Below, one piece after another: positions 12,706 through 27,090 of a stretch of DNA of 64,000 nt. The position numbers and the translations under genes were made by a program. Every line of letters starts with the position of its first letter. The first letter of the stretch is position 1. The stretch is from the human T2T-CHM13v2.0 reference genome, Homo sapiens: assembly GCF_009914755.1 (NCBI RefSeq), contig NC_060933.1, one strand, 5' to 3'. The notes under the pieces were generated by a model. That model worked only from the letters and a program-made list of their open reading frames with translations, was not told the origin of the DNA and did not search any database.

Positions 12706-12856
12706 CGGTGGCTCATGCCTGTAATCCCAGCACTTAGGGAGGCTGAGGTGAGAGGATCACATGAATCCACGAGTTTGAGGTTACAGTGAGCTGTAATTGC
12801 ACCACTGCACTCCAGCCTGGGTGACAGAGCAAGACCCTGTCCAATAAATAAATAAA
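12706..12856 (+). mobile_element. Alu monomer (FRAM-like)
   Basis: 'ggtggctcatgcctgtaatcccagcac...gaggttacagtgagctg...ccagcctgggtgacagagcaagaccctgt' plus an (AAAT)n tail. Confidence 0.85.
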
Positions 12857-13469
12857 TGTTAATTGCCCCAAAATTGAAAATGACGAGGAAAAAATGAAAA
12901 ATTACCACTCCCCTAATGTCCTTAGATTGTGAATATTGTTTGACATAAAACCCTATAGTCTCTATAAATACAGAAACATGCACAGTGACACACTGAAATA
13001 TTACTAATTTATATCTTGCTTATTTCAGTAATTATTGGTGATTTTTAGTGATACTACTTTTAAAACATAGCTATTCATAGCTATATAGCTTTTTGACACA
13101 ATGGGTAATTGTATTACATTGAACCATTCTGTGATTGTTGCATACTTTCAAATTTTTTACTTTTTATAAATAATATTGCACAGGACATTATTTTATTGTC
13201 ACTGTTGAGTCACATATATATTTTGAAAAGAGATGCCATAGACAGGAACTCCTGCATTTACCAAAATAAAACATGTCTCCCAACTCACCATTCTAGTTAG
13301 CAGAGGAGTTGCTGCTTCACCTGTTGAAGGCTCTGGCTTATGCCACAGATTCTACGTCCTGCCTTTCCTTACTTATCCTTGCTCTCAGTTGAGTGATCAA
13401 ATTCTCTTGAATTACTCTTCCCAGTGATTTTAAAAATATGCTTAAATATCTCCATTAAAAATAAATACA

Positions 13470-13807
<338 letters not shown>

Positions 13808-14049
13808 TCACTTGAATCCCTAGTGCATCTCCAGCTACTGATTGGCACTATCTCTCTCTCTTCTGCCCTCTATCTTCTGAATTCCACTGGAATATCTAAT
13901 GGGGAGCTGACCACTGATGTGTATTTTACTATGTCTGGGTTTTTTTTGTTGTTGTCTTTAAATCTTTTTATTTGCTTCATGCCTTTGTCAAACCCCTTTT
14001 TTCCTTTGTCACCCAGAAAATGCACTTCTGCTTTTTCTCCCATCTCTGT

Positions 14050-15200
14050 AACTATAATCTCTCTGTCCCACGAGCAGAGTTATCTTCTTCTGACCAAACA
14101 TTAAATGTAGGAGCTCAGGTTTAGGCTTTTTCCTCCTCTCATTTTCAGTCTTTTCTCATAAAATCTTACTCAAACTTATGCCTTCAATTACCAGCTATAT
14201 ACTGATAACTCACATTCCTCTTTCTAGGTCAGGGCTCTTTTATGAATAAGTAACTGCCCATTTGATATCAGCTTTTCAATGACTCAGAGGTAAATCAATC
14301 CCCACCAGTCAAAATGACTTATAAGTGGCCCCCTACACACACACTCATGCACAGACACTCTAGCCTTTACAAGCATTTTGTATCTCAGCAACTGGTACTA
14401 CCATGCATCCAGTTAGATGATAAAAAAAATTAGAATAATAGTATTCCTATAATGGCCCACCATTCATAACATAGAGACTATGTTACTGACACTATATCCT
14501 AAATATCTCTAAAATCTATGCCTTTTCTATCCCTGCACACATTCTGTTTTAGGTCCTTGTCCCCTCACATTTTAGTCTCACATGTTACTCTGATTTGTTC
14601 TCCTTACTAAACTCAGAGTGATCTGTAAGAAACACAGAAATGACCATCTCACCACCTTGCTTAGAAACCTCCAAAGACTTCTCAGCTCTCTTAGACTAAA
14701 ATCAAGCTCTTTAACAATACCTCCTTTTGACCCTTTGGACCTGTTTCTCTTGCTCTATCTTATACCCATTCCCTACATACTCTCTAATCCAGTCCTTCTG
14801 GCCTTCTGTCAGGGTCTTGTACTCAGCATGCCTCTCCCCATTCTGGGCCTTTGAACTTGCTGGCCTTTTCATCAGACATTTCACTTACTTTACCACTGTC
14901 CTTCAGACAGTTATTCAAGTACCACTTTTTCAGGGATGTCTCCTCTGACATCTTGAACTAAGTCAAATCCTTACTTTGTTTTCTCATAGCAGCAGTGCAT
15001 CTACTTTCATAGAACCAATAATAGGTGGAATTAACTTAGTTGTTAGTATGATTATTTGATTTTTTTTTTTTACCTCAAAACAAACTACATGTGGGTGAAA
15101 ATCCTGTCTAACATGTTTTCTTCATTTGGTTAAACCTAGCAAAGAGCACAGTGACTTGTACATGTTTGATGCATGGTAAGTATTTGAAGTGTGCATGAAT
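14050..15200 (+). mobile_element. LINE-2 (L2) 3' region
   Basis: ORF 14618 'DHLTTLLRNLQRLLSSLRLKS' resembles the L2 ORF2 C-terminus (HITPLLKTLQWL); L2-like tail 'gcacagtgacttgtacatg...taagtatttgaagtgtgcatgaat'. Confidence 0.8.
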
Positions 15201-16398
15201 AAAAATTTCCAGAAGTGGGGTTACTGAACCAAATGATAGGAATGTGTTGACTAATGATTTACTATCAACTGATTTTCCATAATATTTGTAGCGATTTACT
15301 GATTCGATTTTTTAGAGATTTTAGTAAGCTTGTTCTATGAAATAAATCATGTAAAGTGTTAAGAGAGCAAACAGCCATCCTTGCAGGGTAGGTACACAGG
15401 TGTGATAGTCATGCTTGTAATGGTAAGAGGTGAAACATTTTTATTTGTTTTATTTTTACAATAAAAGCTGTCTGGGGAGTCAGATCGTTATAGAAATGAA
15501 AGATCTGGTGAATTTCAGGCAAGTCAGAAATTTGTGTATTACTGTTTCCAATATAGATCAAACAGTTTATAGACACATAAAAGAAAAACAATTAGAAAAA
15601 TGTTTAATTTTCTATATCCAGCTAGAAACATCTTACAGTTTGATCAAAAGTGGTAGCATGTGCAAGTGATAACTTCCTGGTGATAAATACAAGGTTTTCT
15701 AAACACATTTACTGGTTAACACTAAGATTAGATTATTTTAAGTGACCACCCAGATGGTTACTGTAATCAAAGCTATACTTTCTAGTTAAGAGAACTATTA
15801 ATTGGGAAAACAAAGTTTAAGTTTAAGAATAGTACTTCCATCTTAATGCATTTTATCAAGATTAATGCATCATCTGTGGCATTGACATTTTAAATAAAGA
15901 CAGTTAAATATGATAAGATGGGAGGTTTAGGGGTTATTGCTACTCATTGCGGTTCATTGTTGCATTATACTAGTATTGTTCAGAAACCAATAATATAGCC
16001 TAGACACCCAGGAATGTAGTTTGGGGCCTTAAATCTCTATACAATTCAAGAACCTACATATCTTTTCTAGAGAAAAGTGTCTTTGATAAACCAAGCATGA
16101 CCAGCACACTGAACTTGAAAGTTGATATGGGTATTCTCTCAGCATCAACTGTGAGCACATCCACTCTTGGGGTTTCTCTTTTCCTCTGATGTAATTTCTT
16201 TCCCTCTCCTACTCATATTTCTCAGCATCTACTTTCCATGGATTTAACTAGGCAATGACAAACAAACCTACAGGGAAATGAAAGTTCCCTTTCCTTATGA
16301 GAGAATTGTTGACCATGCTTGCATATCCACTCAACTTATTTTTTCCAATAGTTGTTTTTTCTTCTGATTGTTAAGGCACCTAAGAGTAGTGCCTGTGC

Positions 16399-16435
16399 TA
16401 TTAATTTGGTGCAAAAGTAAATACTCTTTTTGCAT
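16399..16435. mobile_element. MADE1 (mariner MITE) half-element
   Basis: 'tattaatttggtgcaaaagtaat' resembles the Hsmar1/MADE1 TIR. Confidence 0.5.
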
Positions 16436-19400
16436 CATGATATATAAAGTTTGGTCCATGTTTTATCTTGCTTTTCTAGTGCTATCACTTTTTGAACTAA
16501 TCATCCTCTGTTAGTCTGTTTCATTATAGCTGTATTATCGGTTCCTACAGACACATGTAATGTATCTCTCAAGAGGTGTCACATGATGCAGTTATAAATA
16601 AATATATAATTATTGCTTGGTCCTTTGGTTTTTGTAAATCACATGACCCTACTAGGAATTACTGTTTAATAATAAATTGACAAAAAACAGTCACAACATC
16701 CCAAAATAGATGATTATTCATAGTACATTTTCCCAAAGCAACCTTATTTTCATAGATCTGAAAAGCACTGTAAGATTGAAACATGTTCATTGAAACTGTG
16801 ATGCCTGGTTGAACTCCAGCAGGCTGATGTGCTCATTGCTCCTCTCTTTCCAGTAATAAGAATAATAATAATAATTGAATCAGTCCTGAAGTCCTCTGCC
16901 TTGGGCATCAGGGAATCTGAGATTATCAGAGGGTATTCCAATAACTTCTGTGTGTTCAGGTGTGTGGGTGGGTGGATGTGTATTGGAGAGATGTTAATGG
17001 CCAAGTAAGCAGAGTCTGTTGGTGAAAGATTGCATTAGCTTTCATATAACTGGGCAAATCTGACTGTAGGAACTATAACAACAAAAAAATTTATTTGAGG
17101 GTTTAGTAAAATAGAGGGTTTTGGAAGTCAAGAATATGTCTATCTGCCCATCTAGGTTCTCTTCACTCATGTGGCCTGTAGATGTGAGTTCCATGTTTCT
17201 CCATGAATTCTTTTTCCTTGTCAACATGACAGTAATATTGGTTTGTTGTCAGATACACACAACAATGTTAGGAAGGGCATTTTGAAAAAACATCAACTCT
17301 CTAGACCTACACAATTTTTACTGCCTTGCCTGTGACTGAATTGTATTATCTTTCACCATAAATTATCATTGATAATCAAAGAGAAGACCAATTTTTATCT
17401 CAAAATAAACCACTTGTTGTGTACAAAAGCTTACATTTTGCTCCATATGTCTTAGATATGTTAAGCAGCGTAATTTCAGCAATGTATGGATATCCATTAT
17501 TATCTTTCTTTCCCTCATCACCATTTACTCATCCTCATTTCATTTAAAAAGGGCACATTTGGGCTAATATGAAGAGGAGAAAAAGATTTGAGCAACTCTT
17601 TCTCAATTTTTGGTTAATTCTCAAACTGTGAAACTCAATCGTGCTTGAAATGCTGCTGGGGGTGGGGGTGTGGTTGAGAGTCAGGGGTGTCCTTTCTCCA
17701 TAATAAACATAAATGTAGTTACTCTGGGGAATCAGATTTTCACAGGACTTCAAGGACTTTAAACTGTTGGGCTGAGACCTCACTTAGTGTATTGTTAGCA
17801 GAAAAGTTTCATGCCAGCGTCTCCTACATAAATACCAATCAAGCCCTGTTGAAATTGTCCACAAGTATATTTCATTCCATTATACATATAATAGGAACAA
17901 TGAAAAAATCTTTCTCCCTGTTAGGCTTTTCTATGGCTGATCTAAAATACCTGAGAAAAAACCCATCTAAATCTAACCATCTAATCTAAGAAAAGATTGG
18001 TCCATTTTGCTAGTTTAATAAGGGCAGTTTCAGTGTTCACTGGTGCTGAGCCACTATAATTATGCTAAAGGAGGGGGGCAATATCAACAGGAAAGCTGCA
18101 CATAATGCATACACTGGCACACACATGTACGAATGCATATGCATCTCAGAAAATCAGCTAGATAGAAAAATAGATATCATGGCTGATATATCTTTTTATA
18201 ATTACTGTGTGTCAGGCCATACAATGTGTGTGTGTATGCCTATATGCATCTATATTTATTATTTTTGCATGAAATAGACTTTCCCACCCTTAGGTATGTA
18301 TAGTATATTATGAGGCAGCAATGAGATTCATAGTGAGAGAGTGGCCTTAAGTCAGAGAAAAAGAGAAGGCCACTTTAGCAACATTGCCCTTGCACACCTG
18401 TGAATCAGTGTGTATACCTTGTCAGTAGATATCTTCTTGATGAAAAATATGTGCAAAGAGCTTCACTGTTTGGCACTTGCTCATACTCGTAACTTGAACA
18501 ATATCATTCCTCCGTTATCAAGATCATGATTTGCATGTCTTCTGGAATTGTCTTAGGCAATATTTGTTTTAAAAGTCCCACCACCATCACCACAGTCTGC
18601 TAAACAGACTTCCACCAGCTGGAACAGTGTTCTGGGCCCTTCAGTCCAAGCTTCTCTCCATTTCCTTTCAGAGCTCAAGTAAAAGCTAATTTTTTATTCT
18701 TTCTACACTTTTTAAACCTAAATATGTAAATATTTTTGAGTCTATTATTTCTTAATTCTCTATTGATCCAAATGAATAATTCCAGGTCAAGAATCTCTTG
18801 AAGGTGATTATGGGAAGCTGTAGACAAATCACATGTCTGTTACTATCATGAATGGGATCTATATAGTTTTATTCTTTAAGAAAATCATTCAGCATTTTCT
18901 TATTGCTATTTTTTTTACTCACTTGACAACACAGTTCTTATCTCATGAAAAAAAAAGAAGAGAATATGATTTATGTATTCCCTTCAGAGAAGCTGCCTCA
19001 AAACGCAGAAGCGACTTTGTGATATCACCTTTGTGTCAATGCCAATGCAGCACAAAAATGACGATTCCTTATCAAGAGCAGAGGGAATGATTTCTTCTGA
19101 TACCTCAGAGATTATTTGATGAGGAATTATTAAAACCAAACAGTTAGTTAAATTCTTCACAGTGAACTTCAGATCCCTTTGACTTGTGAACCTCTCCTCC
19201 AGATCAGAAAATTCCTCTAATGTGGATAATTACAATGATGGCTGGCCTGAGAAAATAGGCCACTGAAATGGGCTTTGTGTGATTCTGTTAATTGCTGCTG
19301 TAGACAAGCAGCCTGGCCCTTTATTCATGCCTCGCAAACCTTTTGTCAAATGAGTAGATTATTTCTAATGCATATTAGATAGGATGAACTCATCTTCCAA

Positions 19401-21128
19401 GAAGGGCATTAATATATCTGGTGTCTTTTATTTTTATTTTTTTTTCTAACTGAGAGAACTTGCTTTAAATGCAACTTCAGCTTCAGGTTGGTTTTACTAG
19501 ATATGTGCCTTAGCATCCTTAGCATTCTGCTGACAGCCAAGTAGCAAAACCACTTATTGGCTTATGGGTTCTGATTTGATGCTGGTTGTGGTTATACTAT
19601 GTCAAATAAAAATAATTGCTAATATGGCAGCATATGTATTTTACCACGGTCATTCTCTGTAAGTGTTAGACGTGTAGCTAGCTTCTGGTTTAAGATCTAG
19701 AGAAGCACTAATGGTTAAAACAGTGGACTCTGAAGTCAGAGGTCAAGGTTGAAATCATAAAAGGAAAAAAAGTAAAATAATATATTAAAGCTTGGGCACA
19801 CATATTATACCATTTCCTGCTCTAGGAAGGACTGAACAAGCATGATAATGAAATGATCTTTCTAACTCAGAGGAAATATGACTCTCTTTGGAAGACAGCA
19901 TCTGACTAACAAAACGGAACTGATGGCAATAGGGATAGTAGAGGTTACAAGGTCTGCTGATCCTAATGCTTTCACTGTTTTCTAAATTGAAGCTACTGCT
20001 TATTTTTCTGAGTGGGACTTCTCGTGATCAGACAGAGTTATACATTTCTTTGTTTGTTAATCCATATGCCTTTGACCCAGTGATACACTAAGCAGCTGTG
20101 AGGAGCCGCTAGTGTTAGACTCCTGTCTTCATTCTACATAGTAGTTGGCAGTTGCTTCATGAAGGTACGCCAGGAAAGGAGGAATCAAGAATGCCCGAGC
20201 TCCAGAATTCACTGGAAATATTAAGTCTCAGAAACACCTACCATCTTGTTTACATCTTTACATTTTTGCACCATAATTTTGACAAACATATAGAGGCTTT
20301 CACATTTTTTCTCCAGCACTGGAATTTCGAAAAGCAGGTGAAAGAGAACCTTGTGTAGAGAGAGTCAAGGAGATGAGGAAGGGGGGTAAAAAGAGGAAAA
20401 GTAGCAGAGAATAATCTTGTTAGCAAATTTTGGAGTTCTGATGCCAATATGTATAGGTTTCAAGGTCATTTAAGAGCTTAGTTCTTATTCAATAAGAGAT
20501 TTTAAAAAGACAAGACAAATTACGTTATGTGTGCATTTATGTTAACATTGTGCGTGTGTATAAACATATCACTGTACAGCAATATAGAAAATGTACAGAC
20601 TTCATATGCCATAGGTAGCTGAATACATCTCTCATTTGTAAGTGATATTTGTTTCTTGTCACTAGCAGCAGAGCTCATATACATTTCAAAAAATATTTGA
20701 ATACAGAAATATGTCATGTGTTCAATTTGCAGCACAATTACTGTAAAATGATATTATCAGAATGATTATAAATAAGCCGTTGTGTATTTGCTGAAAAGAT
20801 AGGGAAATATAGTTTTTGCATGTTTGTTTTATTTGAGTAATTTACCAGAAAAAAAGAAGAACTAGCTGATGTCGTAAAAGAAGTCTGATTTTACACTTCA
20901 CAGCTAATACACAATGAAGATTTTAGGCAGAAGCTGAACAGGTCTTGCAGTTGCAGATGCTTTGGTGGCAAGGAGCATAAAAATCAAAGTTGTCGACTAC
21001 AGAGAGAGGTTTAATTAGATGGTTCAGTTCCATGGAACACCTTAAAATTCTCAGGGACCTTACGGGTTGGGTGGAATTATTTCCTATGAATAAGTGGCAA
21101 TGAGATTTGTGAGTTGCTGTCATGCTCA

Positions 21129-21606
<478 letters not shown>

Positions 21607-21634
21607 GTGATACAAATTATTTTAACACTAATTG

Positions 21635-21990
21635 AAAAACCAATGGAACAGAACAGAGAGCTCAGGAATAGACCCAAATACAAATGAGGGCTTAGTCAAA
21701 TCAATAAAAAGGTAGTCTTTGAAATCAGTAATGAAGTATGAATTATTCACAAAACATTGTTGGAACTCACTGAACACTTCTTAGGAGAGGAGGATCCATG
21801 CCTTATCCCTTATAGCACAAAACATTCTAGCTAGTTAAAAACTGCAAAGGTAAAAAGTAAAAGCTGAATATGCTAGAAAAAAAGTGGGAGATTATTAAAA
21901 AGTCTTCTGTTGTGGGCCTTTCTCATACTATACATTACATAAAATTTAAAAATCATTAAGGAAAGGCTTGCAAATTACATGAGAGAAATG
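21635..21990 (+). mobile_element. Old L1M ORF2 fragment
   Basis: 'accaatggaacagaacagagagctcaggaatagaccca' encodes the DQWNR.ES.EI.P motif. Confidence 0.6.
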
Positions 21991-22284
21991 CACATAATAT
22001 GTGCATTTATTAGGAACTGTATTATTGTAGTTAAGTATGCCTAGATTTGAGATTGAATCAGCCGGAAAAGTGAAGAGAGACCACAGGCTTAAAATATATT
22101 ACATTTAAATACCACTCACTAATGAAAGTTGAATTTCTGCATTCCATAATGTCTCTGTGTGTGTTTGTACATATATGTGTAGATAATGTATAGAGTTTGT
22201 GTATATGTAAATGTACAAATGTGTGAATACAATATTTCTCTTTTCGCAGTCTTCATCTATCTTCTACTCCTAAGGCAATCATAC

Positions 22285-22435
22285 TTACTCACTAATTCAA
22301 TGTATATTTATTGGAAAATTTTTACATGCCAGACACTGTTTTGGATGCCTGAATATGTAGAACATCAACAACAACAACAACAACAAAAAAAAAAACAAAA
22401 AAACAAGCCCTGCTCTCATTGTCCTTTTATTCTGA
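22285..22435 (-). mobile_element. L2 3'-end fragment containing a (CAA)n run
   Basis: 'attcaatgtatatttattg...atgccagacactgttttggatgc...ccctgctctcat'. Confidence 0.65.
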
Positions 22436-22694
22436 CAATAATGAATTATTTCCACTGAGAGGTACTCTGACTGCATAACATAGGTAGGCCTTGTCTTCTT
22501 TTAATTTTCCTTCCTAGTTTCCTGAAACTAACTAAAAAGGGGTTCATAGGTGCTCTTGAGTTGAAAAGTTCCCCAACAGTACATCTCCCATAGATACTCA
22601 CAGCCCACCATTGTCATTGCCACCATGCCCTGTCCATGTGCCAGGAGCTGCCTTCTGAGGCTTTAAAGAGTTATCCTAAGGTAACAAACTCTTT

Positions 22695-23295
22695 TATATT
22701 GGATTCCTTTAAAAGATCCATGAAAACAAAAATGAATGCAAGGAATTTATTTTGGAACCAATCTCAGAAAGTACAATGGGAAAGTGAAGAAGTGAGACAG
22801 GCAAGGGAGGCAAAATGCACCACTAAGGGGGCATTAGTGTAGGAAGTGTGCATGAGTATGTCACACAGCTGGATGCTGTGATGAGTGGGCAAATGGCGTG
22901 CACTCCCCCTGAGGGCCCTCTGAAATCTGAAACACCACAGAATTGCCCAAATAAGGGCAAGGAAGCATCCTCCAGGAGAAAGATCTTGACGTCAGGGAGG
23001 GAGATCCGGTCTTCTTGCAGGGAGCCATCATGTTGACAGAAGACATTTGGGGTGAGCCAAGGCAGTGGCAGAGCCTTATCTGCAAGCCTCATTGCCCTGT
23101 GACCATATTGAAGCAGGGGATACCCTCTTTCCAATCCTGTGGGTCCTCCATTGTCTCTTGCATGCCACAGCAATGTAGCTTGGTCCTTGTGGCCCAGACA
23201 GCCTCAGGTGAAAACAAGGTTCTCTCTCCTTATGATCTCTCCTTAGGGTCCAGAGAGGACACCCCTGGGTTGCACATAGGGACTGGTGTCATGCA
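22695..23295 (-). mobile_element. LTR16-family ERVL LTR (diverged)
   Basis: 'tgcaaggaatttattttgg...gaagtgagacaggcaagggagg' resembles LTR16. Confidence 0.6.
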
Positions 23296-24739
23296 TTTTT
23301 CCCCCTCACAATTTCTTTGCATCCCAAAAATAAAGAAACTAAATATTTTTCAGCTAAACAAACAAACAAACAAAAATCTTCAGTTAATTATACTTCCTGT
23401 GGTTCCACTGTTGTGTTGGATGAATATATCCACACAACGAACCTACATGCAAGTTTAGGATTGAAATGTGACCCTAATGTGTGTGAATGTGAATGTATGT
23501 GTGTGTGTATGCGAGTGTACATCCTGTGCGAGATGCAAAATGTATATATATGAGGTGAGTAAAATCCTATTTAATCTTATCACTAAAGACTGAAAACACA
23601 AGACTGTAATCCAGAACAGATGTCATCTCGCCAAAGTTACTGCACTGTAAACAATTTCTTTCTTGGGAGAATTTTTGACACTGAGAAGAGTTTTAAAGTG
23701 AGACCCTTAATAGTTGGCTGCTGCATAATAATTTGAGTTGAGAACCTTATATAATTTATAATCTTTGGTGAAATTTTTGAGTTTCTACTCTTACTGAAGG
23801 ATGCAATATGAATAGCTTTATGGAAATTTGAGTATAATTTTTCCTCAACACCTACTGTATTTGACACTAGCTCTCAATGCAGTATGAAAACTAATTCCTC
23901 AGTAGAAGAGAACCTTTGGCCAGAAAACTAGGCTTGCCAATTGCTCAACAAGCCCTCAGAGAGATCTACAGTGCTCTAGACTTTCTTCCAGGCAGGTTCC
24001 AGGAGTGCAAAGGGGGAAAAGAAAGACATTGTGCTAATTACTAGCATGATGTCCCCACGAGAGGAGGACCGAAGAGTTTGCAGGTCAGTGGGATGTCAGT
24101 CTGTGCATTTGGCCTCTGTGCCTGGCTGTCATTCTTGTGGTCTCAAAGAGAGAATGCGTTTCTTGTTCTTTGAGAGAAGCAACTCCAACAGGAAAAGCTG
24201 AACACAAAAATGAATATACAGCCACTCGGTATTATTGGAGCATCTCATTTGTCTGTCTCTCTTTTGAAAGCAATTAACCCAACAGACATTCAGAATTTCC
24301 AGCTGAGGTACAGTGTGTTGTTAAAAATGACATCTCTGTGACCCTGAATTCTGAATTTGTTTCAGAAGCAAAGATGCCAACTGGATGTCATTCTCAGAGA
24401 GTGAAATTTGGAATACAAAAAGTGACTGAGTAAGGCTACCAAATTAGACCAATTTGAAAGTTTTGTAGGTGAATGAGGGGTGCGTAAGTTTTGTTTTGGA
24501 GAGCGTAAGCCATTATCCAAATAAAAAATACAATATTTGCATAGACTATTATATAGTTAGAGCTTATACATTATGTCACGGATTCCATTGAATGCTTTGT
24601 CTGAACTCCTACAACTCTGTCAAGTTAAGTTCCCAAAAGGTTAGCCTCACATCGATTTGGTATATTATTGTAAATTATATTTTGGCTTTTATTGCACAGT
24701 CTAATTGTTTCTGTGATTGTCAGTCTCATTGCTACAGAT

Positions 24740-25215
24740 ACCTGGGTGTTCTTATCTATCCAACTTTATCTTAACCACTACACCTCTGGCTCACCATTCT
24801 GCAGATGAGTTGCTTTGAATAGACGACTTAAATAAACCAGTTCTCCTACCTTTGTACATAATTTCCTCTAACTAGAACACTTTTTCCTCTGTGTCAAATA
24901 ATTAGCCTTTCATATTTTATCTCAACTCAAATATCACCTTCTCAAAGCAGTCTTCTCTAATTAATCAATAGCATACCTCACCCAACTATATGACGTTTCA
25001 GCACCCCAATTTTTTTCTTCTACTGCACTCATCAGCATTTATAGACATATATTTTTATGTGTGCCTGTTTATGGTGAGTACCCCCAATACACTGCATGTT
25101 CCATGAGAACGGGGTCCATGCTTAACTTGTTTTGCACTGTCTATAGAGTCCAGCTCAGTGCTTGGTATATATAGATGCTTATCTATTTTCAAAAATAATT
25201 CAGTGGATCAATTGA
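24740..25215 (+). mobile_element. L2 3' fragment
   Basis: 'tctcaactcaaatatcaccttctca', 'ttccatgagaacgggg', 'cagctcagtgcttggtatatatagatgct'. Confidence 0.7.
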
Positions 25216-26129
25216 TTTAAATTTTTATATAATGTGTGTTGTTTAAGTTATTCTATACTCAGCTCTGGGCTATAGTCACAGTGTCTTCCGTCCCTTTTGT
25301 CCTTTATGTGTAGCTATCACTTCACAGATTCACATTACAGCCCAGCCCAGCATATACCCTGACATCAGCTCAGTTCCTACCAATAAAATAAATATGAAAA
25401 CAGATGCCAGAAGGAAAACCTTGCTTTCTGAAACTCTGGATTGTGATGCTGTCAAGATACAAGAGCACAAGGTAGAAAGAAGAATCATAGAGAAAGGTTT
25501 TAATCTAGATGGTAGTGGTCCAGAGAACTGGATCCTTGACTGACTTTAATATCTCGACATGCTTCTTCCTCATTTCTAGTTCTTGGATATGTCCCAAGCC
25601 ATGGTTCCTATCTGGTCGTTGGATCCCTCCAGTGACATATTTCTGGCTATCCTTCTCTGCTCACCTTTAGGCTCATTGAACTCCAGACTTGTTATTCATC
25701 TTTACGTTTAAGAGGTGAATTATTGTAGATTTTCTGTCCTCAATTTCCATATCTCCTTAATGAGCCTTTTATGTTCCTGCATCCTTTAATTCTACATCTC
25801 TTGATGTTCTTTACGAATATTTTTTCTCCTGCTCTTGATGCAATTTGGTCATCTTTCATTCAATTATTTATTCATCAAATAAGGAATTTATTATATGCAA
25901 TTGCCACTGTGTCAAAATAAAGACAAATGGAAGTACTTCTAACATTAAGAAATGTATAATATTCAAGAATCAATATTTTAATAAAAAAGAGACTGATAAA
26001 ATGATAGATAGATAGATAGACAGACTGACCTAGACAGAAATACCCCAAGAGATAGATATGCAAATGTGTAATTATATCAACACAGAATTCAAAAAAAGAA
26101 AAGAAGAAAGCTAATAATATGTAAGACTT

Positions 26130-27090
26130 TATTGCGAAGGAAAGTACTTCTGACTCACAAAATCAAGTAAGACTACAATGGAAAATTAGCATCTCTTCTG
26201 GTCCTCTTAGGATAATTCATTAATACAGTCTGTGGGAATAACACATTCCAGAGAGAGGAAGATATGAGTTCAGCCCTAAATGCAAAAGGTATAGAATATC
26301 AAATATATGAGTTACTTGTTGACATCATGTTGCCTTGAATAAAGAGAAATAACTTTGAATTTGTCTGAAGAAGTTAGCAGGCTGGACTCCATATAGTAGG
26401 TGAAATGAGAGGTGGAGAGGAGAACACTGAACACTTTTAAGTAAGAGTGTACCACTAAGTTGTGTTCCAGGCATAGTAATCTGAAAGATATGTTCCTGAA
26501 ATATGGTGTAAGAAAAGACAGTGATTGTTACAGAAGAATTGGTGGGTCTTGGCAACCAGAAGGGTAAAAAGGTAAAAAGTCTTCAATTACAGGTGAATGG
26601 GATGATGATAAACCCATTGTCAGAAATGGGCAAGTCAGTGGAAAGCTGGTCTGTACAGTAGAGGTCAAGTTTGCTTCTAGACCACTGAGTTTAAGGCTGG
26701 CTACTTAGTTCAAAAGTAACATTCCACCACCATCAGTAGAAAGTTTATAATTTTGAGTGTGAAAATACAAGAGCATGAGTTAGAGGGCAGAATCATATGG
26801 AAGAAAGACAGAGGATTTGTCAAAGAGAATATTAACGAAGAGAAAGAATCAACAAAAATGTTAAAAGATATGGGAAGGTCAAGAGAGACAAGGACCAAGA
26901 CAACATGTTTGATTGTGTTAATTTGAAGGTCACTGATGATTCCTGAATTTCAACAGAATTATGATGGTAGAAATGTCAATAGGGAGAGAGTTGGAAAGAG
27001 AGTGGATAATATAAAAATGGAGGCGGATGATGCTGAATACTCACTTGATGTGTGTAGTAAGAGGTAAGAGGCAAGTAGGATGAACAGGGT
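26130..27090 (-). mobile_element. L2 fragments
   Basis: Purine-rich antisense L2 motifs, e.g. 'tcaagtttgcttctagaccactgagtttaagg' and 'gaaggtcactgatgattcct'. Confidence 0.55.

Noticed and set aside
22823-23458. 147-aa and 116-aa ORFs
   Set aside because: They overlap an LTR16-like element, have no recognisable domain and lack splice support
24287-24358. Possible hairpin 'attcagaatt...aattctgaat'
   Set aside because: Only a 10-bp outer stem with poor inner pairing; plausible by chance in AT-rich DNA
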